From Mustelus asterias (Eukaryota), in the NCBI RefSeq assembly GCF_964213995.1, contig NC_135819.1, forward strand, positions 37,324,001 through 37,388,000: a DNA stretch of 64,000 nt. The letters are read 5' to 3'. The position numbers and the translations under genes were made by a program. Under the pieces are notes generated by a model that was given only the letters and a program-made list of their open reading frames with translations, was not told the DNA's origin and did not search any database. Position 1 is the stretch's first letter, and each line of letters begins with the position of its first letter. Of the stretch, positions 58,699-64,000 are shown piece by piece.

Positions 58699-60831
58699 AA
58701 TTTTTACACTGTGATCTGTGAAATCACTTTTTACACTGAGGAATCATCACTTGTTACTTTGCGAATCCATCACTTTTTTCACTGAGAATCCACTGCTTTT
58801 TATTTTAAAAGTTCATCGCTATTTATACTGAGAATGGTTCACTTTTTAACATTGGGAATTTGACAATATTTACCCTGAAAATGCATCTCTAATACATTGA
58901 GAGCCCATCACTCTGAGTTAATGGAGGGTCAAATTTTATTATATTGTGAATCCATCACTTTTTATTCTGAGAATCCATCTCTTTTTACACTGAGAACACA
59001 ACACTGTTTGCATGGCAAATACTTAATTTTTACACTGAGAATCCATCAATTTTTACACTGAGAATCCATCAATTTTTACACTGAGAATCCATCAATTTTT
59101 ACCCTGAGAATCCGTCACTTTTTATTCTGAGAATCCATTATTTTTAGTCTGAGAATCAATCGTTTTTACAGCGAATTCCTCAGTTATTACATCGAGAATC
59201 GTTTAGTTTTTACACCGAGTCCGTCACTTTTTACAATTAGAATCTATCATTTTTACACTGCGAATTCACCAATTTTTACACTGTGATCCCTAACAACACT
59301 TTTTACATTTTATACGTTGAGAATCCATCACAATTTTCAATTGAATCCCTCACTTATTACACTGAGAATTCATCATGTTTCATGCTGAGGATCCATCACC
59401 TGTTACAGTGAGAATTCATCACTTATCATGCTGAGCATTCATCACTTTTTTACACTGGGAATTCATCACTTTATTCACGGAGGTTTCACCTCTTTTTACA
59501 CTGAGAAATTACCACTTTTTACCCTGAGAATTTGTCACTTTTTACCCTGAGAATTTGTCACTTTTTTCAGTTTTTACAGAGAGTACCCATGACATTTACT
59601 GTTAAAATTAATCCATTTTTGCTACAAGTGTGCATCCTTATTTCAGTTAAATGTAATGGGTTTTCACGATAAAGTTCATCAGATTTGATATTGGAAGTTC
59701 ATCACTCATTTTCTTTCATCACTTTTCACAGCAAAAGAATGTCATTTTTTCAGTGATTTTTTAAAATCAGCTTCTCCTTTTACATCATTTGTTTTCGCAA
59801 TTAAAGGTTATTTCTTTTAAAGGGACATTGTAGCATTTAAGAGTTTATTGCTCTTCACTGTAAGCGATCATCACACTTTACAGGCAATGATCTTAACTTT
59901 TGACAATTAAAACTTTTCAATGCAAGCTCTCGTTGTTTTTTCACAATAAAACCTTATCACTTTTTACTGACAAAGTCCATTACTTTTTACAATGAGTGGC
60001 CATCATATTTTTGCAGTTAAAACATAATCACTTTTTACAGGGAGATTCAACCAATTTTTCAGTGATGGTTCAGCTCATTTTACAGTTAGAATTAATCACT
60101 TTTTGCAATTACAGCATGAATTTATCAATTGTGCAAGTAAGATTTTATTCGTTTTACTGTAATTGCTCTGTATGGTTTATAGGGTGAGTTCATTACTTTA
60201 CAGTTAACGTTATATGTCCAGACTTTGCAGGAGGTATTACAGGGAGTCGATCAGCATTCATCGTTATTATGGAATAAATCAGACAGCAACTTCCTGTGTC
60301 CACACTTGCACGGTTAAATGCAGAAATTAAGAAGTTGCTGCCCAATTTGTGATATTTCTCTACTAGCTTTGCTACACAACTACCTCACAGAAATCTAACC
60401 ATCACATATATTACGGTATGACTCATTAGTTACCCACTAAACATGCCATGAAATTAAGGATTTGTGCATTCAGGTGTAAGTGTTTTTCTAAAGGAATGAT
60501 AATTCTTAATTGCTGCCAAAAAATAACTTTTGAAAGTTTCAAGCTCATTCCTACTCGATTTAATTGTTGCTGGAGATTTAAAGCAATTTTTATTTCGAGT
60601 TTGTCTTGTTCGCTAAATTGAACCTTTCTTTCCCACACTTGATTTCACTTGCTGTCATGATTTTATATAGAAAAAAAATGTTCTGACTTAAATTTTCAGT
60701 TTTGGTTCCTGATGTTTATCAGGAGGGATTTTCAAATGTGGCGAAGAGATTTTGGTCCCTGCACACCAAGCAGTTTTAACCCAACTGTGTGAGTGTTTTC
60801 ATTGCCGCTCCCGCCCCCCCGCCCCCTCCCC

Positions 60832-60912
60832 CCCACTCCTCCATTTGGAAGTCAGTCTAGTTGACAACCCCCCCACCCCCACTCCTTCATCTGGAAGTCA
60901 GTCTAGTTGACA
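60832..60912. repeat. ~45-bp tandem duplication
   Basis: cccactcctt(c)cat(t/c)tggaagtcagtctagttgaca occurs twice. Confidence 0.85.
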
Positions 60913-61042
60913 GGTTTGGTGCAGTCTCAGGAAGGGAAAGCTGTAGCAGAAGTCTCAAGCATGAAATACGCTGCTGCGTGTGAACACCCAAAAGTAAGGC
61001 TGAGTACAAAATCGATTTGATGATCACAATCACAACTGCACT

Positions 61043-61432
61043 ATGGCACAGTGGTTAGCACTGCTGCCTCACAGCTCCCGGGACATGAGTTCAATTCCAG
61101 CCTCGGATCACTGTCTGTGCGGAGTTTGCACATTCTCCCTGTGTCTGCGTAGGTTTCCTCCGGGTGCTCCGGTTTCCACCTATTGTCCAAAGATGTGTAG
61201 GTTAGGTGGATTGGCCATGCTAAATTACCCCTTGGTGTCCAAACGTGTGCAGGTTAGGTGGATTGGCCATGCTATTTTGCTGCTAAGTGTCCAAAGATGT
61301 GTAGGTTAGAAGGATTAACGAGGTAAACACATGGGGTTATGGGCATCAGGTTAGGGTGGGATGCTCTGTTGGAGATTTAGACTTGATGGACCGAATGGCC
61401 TTCTTTTGCACTGTAGGGATTCTATGATTCTA
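61043..61432 (+). mobile_element. HE1 V-SINE type B with internal tandem triplication
   Basis: gtccaaa..gtg..ggttaggtggattggccatgcta repeated at ~61186, 61237, 61289. Confidence 0.85.
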
Positions 61433-61621
61433 GAATCAGGAAGCGACCTTGTGGGTGGATTGGTACTCATGGTCAGTGATTGTGAAGATAATCAATAATA
61501 ACTTGGGAGGGTTGATGCCACTATTGGAAACTGATTACAGGGATGCAAGCAAGTGAGCTTAAGGCTCGCAAGAACAGCTCTGCTGTTTCTCTTCGCCCAC
61601 AAGCATTTGTTTTCACAGGAT

Positions 61622-62193
61622 TCAGGCATTGCTGGCTAGGCCGGAATTTATTATCCATCCATAATTACCCTTGATAAGGTGCCGGTGAGCTCCTTTCTTG
61701 AAATGCTGCAGTTCAGGTGATGTAGGAACACCCACAGTGTTGCTAGGGAGGAAGTCCCAGGATTTCGACCCAGCGACAGGGAAGGAACGAATGTTGCACA
61801 TATCATCACCAATGCACAATGGCAGTGGTTTGAACCATCTACAAGATAGACTGCAGCAACTCACCAAGGCCCTTTTGACAGAACCTTCCAAACCTGTGAT
61901 CTTTATTACCTGGAAGGACAAAGGTCGCAGATGCACGGGAACATTACCAGCTGCAAGCTCCCCTCCAATCCACACACCATATTGACTTGGAAATATATCA
62001 CCATTCCTTCAGTGTCGCTGGGCCAAAATCCTGGAACTCCCTCCCTAACACCACTGTGGATGTACCTACACTACTTGGTTCAAGAAGACATCCTGACAGC
62101 CTGAGCTCACCACCACCTGCCCAAGGGCAATTTTGCCTGCGCAATAAATAATATCCCAGCCAGCGATGGCCACATCACTGGAGAGAATAAAAA
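61622..62193. mobile_element. Head-to-head pair of L2/Crack-like LINE 3' ends (minus 61622-61800, plus 61810-62193)
   Basis: Same tail in both orientations, pointing outward. Confidence 0.7.
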
Positions 62194-62207
62194 GATCATG
62201 TTCAACT

Positions 62208-62883
62208 TGTGATGTTAGTGTACCTTTAAGAGTTTTTTTAAAAATTCATGCTCACAGCCTTAGGTGATGTCATTGTTGGAAGGAGAAAAAAAAACAATGG
62301 GGGGTAGCTCAGGTGTCAGAGATTCATTTTCAGTTTCAAGTTGGAGCTGCAGGTTTGAGGTTTTTGGGTTTTAGAAGGTAGAGCAAGTTGTTTTGAAAAT
62401 TCTGTTGGTTTCCTGAAGGGTGAAAATCTGTTATTGTTGTTGGGGGCGGGACCAGAATCTCGCTGGTGTTTTGGGAAGCTGTCTTGTCTTCAAACTGAGT
62501 TCTGAGTCTCAAGAGCATTTGACTGCAGAATTCAACTAACGCCCTCAATCCTATTCTCACGTGAGCAGTAGACTGTGCTGTATTGAACCTGCTTAAAGGA
62601 TTATTTATGGAGGTTGGTTTTGATTGGGACAGCTTATATATATTCATTAAGGATTCTACATTATTGGGGTTGTTTTGTTTCTTGTTTGTAGTTGATAAAA
62701 ATTCTTGCTAACGTTCTTACTATACATGTTAACTATATTCTTAAATAAACTTTGTTTGATAAAAGCTTCCTAGTGGGTCACTTGAACCATACCTGCTTAT
62801 CCTCGACAAAATTCAAGATACAAAACTTATGATTCAGACAGGCTTCATAAAATACTCTGGAGTCTCTAACCTGAACCTTAACA
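62208..62883 (+). mobile_element. Solo LTR, 676 bp
   Basis: TGTGATG...TTAACA termini; 4-bp TSD AACT (62204-62207, 62884-62887); AATAAA near 62744. Confidence 0.8.
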
Positions 62884-63059
62884 AACTGTGCATGGCTGAG
62901 AGAGACTTGGTTGGTGCATTCAGGCTGAAAATGCCAGCACTGCACTGTGTTCAAATCAGTATTACATGCTGAATAACATCGCGATCTGCCTACTCTGTTA
63001 CTTTTGGCACACTCCCTCTCCCTGCACTAACATGTCCAGCCCCAGAATGTAATCATGGA

Positions 63060-63960
63060 TTCATACAAACTCATGGGACATAAGGAGGCCACTTGGCTCA
63101 TCGTGTCGGCGCCAGCAAATAAAAAAGAGCTTTCCAGTCTAATCTCACTTTGAGGTTCCCGGCTCACAGCCCTGCAAGTTATCACAACTCAAACACGTAT
63201 CCAAGTGTTTCATAAACACAGTGAGGTCTGCTGCCTCGACCACATTCAGCAGTGAGTCCCAGACCCTCACCACCTTCTGGGTGTATAAGTTTCTCCTCAA
63301 CTCTCCTCTCGTCCTCCCATCAGCTAGTTTAAATCAATGATTAATGACCTCTGCGAATAGAACTAGTTCCATCCTATCCACTCTGTCTTGGTATTTCATA
63401 ATCTTATACACCTGAATTAAATCTCCTCTCAAGCCTCCACTGTTCTAACCCCAGCCGATCTAAACTTTCCTCAAATAAAATTTTCCGTTACTGGCAACAT
63501 GCTTGTCTCCTGTACCCTGTGGTGTGATCACATTCCTTCCTGTAATGTGGTGCTCAGAACAGCACACAGTATTTTGCCAGTGGTCTAACCAATATTATAT
63601 ACAGCTCTAACATAGCCTTCCTGCTCTTATAGTCCATGCCTTAGTTCATAAAGGACCTTATCCCATGTGGCATCTTGGTCAGCTTATCTACATCTCCTAC
63701 AGGGATCACACAGGGCAGTGGACAGGCACTCCAAGGTCCTTGTGTTCCTTTACACTTCCCAGAACCCTGCCATTTATTCCCCTTGTCTTGTTTTCCTCCT
63801 CTACCTCATCCCCATTCCAGATTAATTTCCATTTGCTGCTTTTCTGCCCATCCGACCATTCCGTCGATATCTTGCTGCAGTCGACTGCTTTCTTCCTCGC
63901 CACCAACCGTGCAGCCAAGCTTTGCATCATCCACAAGCTTCTCAGCCATGTAACGCACAC
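63060..63960 (-). mobile_element. Old CR1 fragment
   Basis: gatgatgcaaagcttgg (DDAKL) and VLGSVKEHKDLGVPVH on minus; CR1-type tail at the left end. Confidence 0.8.
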
Positions 63961-64000
63961 ACATACACAGCACTAACACCACTCGGGAACCAAACCGACT

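Larger units (their letters stand above)
48880..60210. repeat. Degenerate 22-24-bp minisatellite domain, unit ~TTTTACA(C/G)TGAGA(A/G)T(C/T)CATCAC, fragmented by TEs
   Basis: Units at 48880-49430, 50590-51050, 52800-53080, 54180-54500, 57760-58030, 58700-60210; near-perfect 24-mers at 59027-59100. Confidence 0.8.

Noticed and set aside
57760-59560. CRISPR-like array
   Set aside because: Units are contiguous with no unique spacers; eukaryotic context and no cas genes

Overview
Repeat-dominated vertebrate DNA, almost certainly from a cartilaginous fish (shark). The evidence is about 25 HE1-type V-SINEs plus Deu-SINEs, CR1/HER1, L2, Rex1/Babar, L1 and RTE LINE fragments, Penelope-like elements with minimal hammerhead motifs, three decayed Mag-clade Gypsy elements, solo LTRs, Harbinger and hAT MITEs, and an ~11-kb degenerate 22-24-bp minisatellite domain. 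I recognise no host protein-coding exon; the interpretable ORFs are TE remnants or antisense shadows, so the window is intergenic or deep intronic. The most notable feature is a ~330-bp minus-strand element (27447-27778). It starts at nt 1 of U2 snRNA, leaves U2 after nt 37, carries a second internal U2 stem-I copy and several hairpins whose G-U wobbles favour the U2-sense strand, and ends in a short A-tract: a candidate U2-headed (SINEU- or Keno-related) retroposon or ncRNA. Other points of interest: V-SINE copies that share non-SINE 5' and 3' flanks, two V-SINE tail types matching two different LINE partners, local templated insertions at retroposon junctions, an ORF1-only L1, and LTR pairs that look unexpectedly divergent. 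Coordinates were read by eye; boundaries of degraded repeats are approximate.
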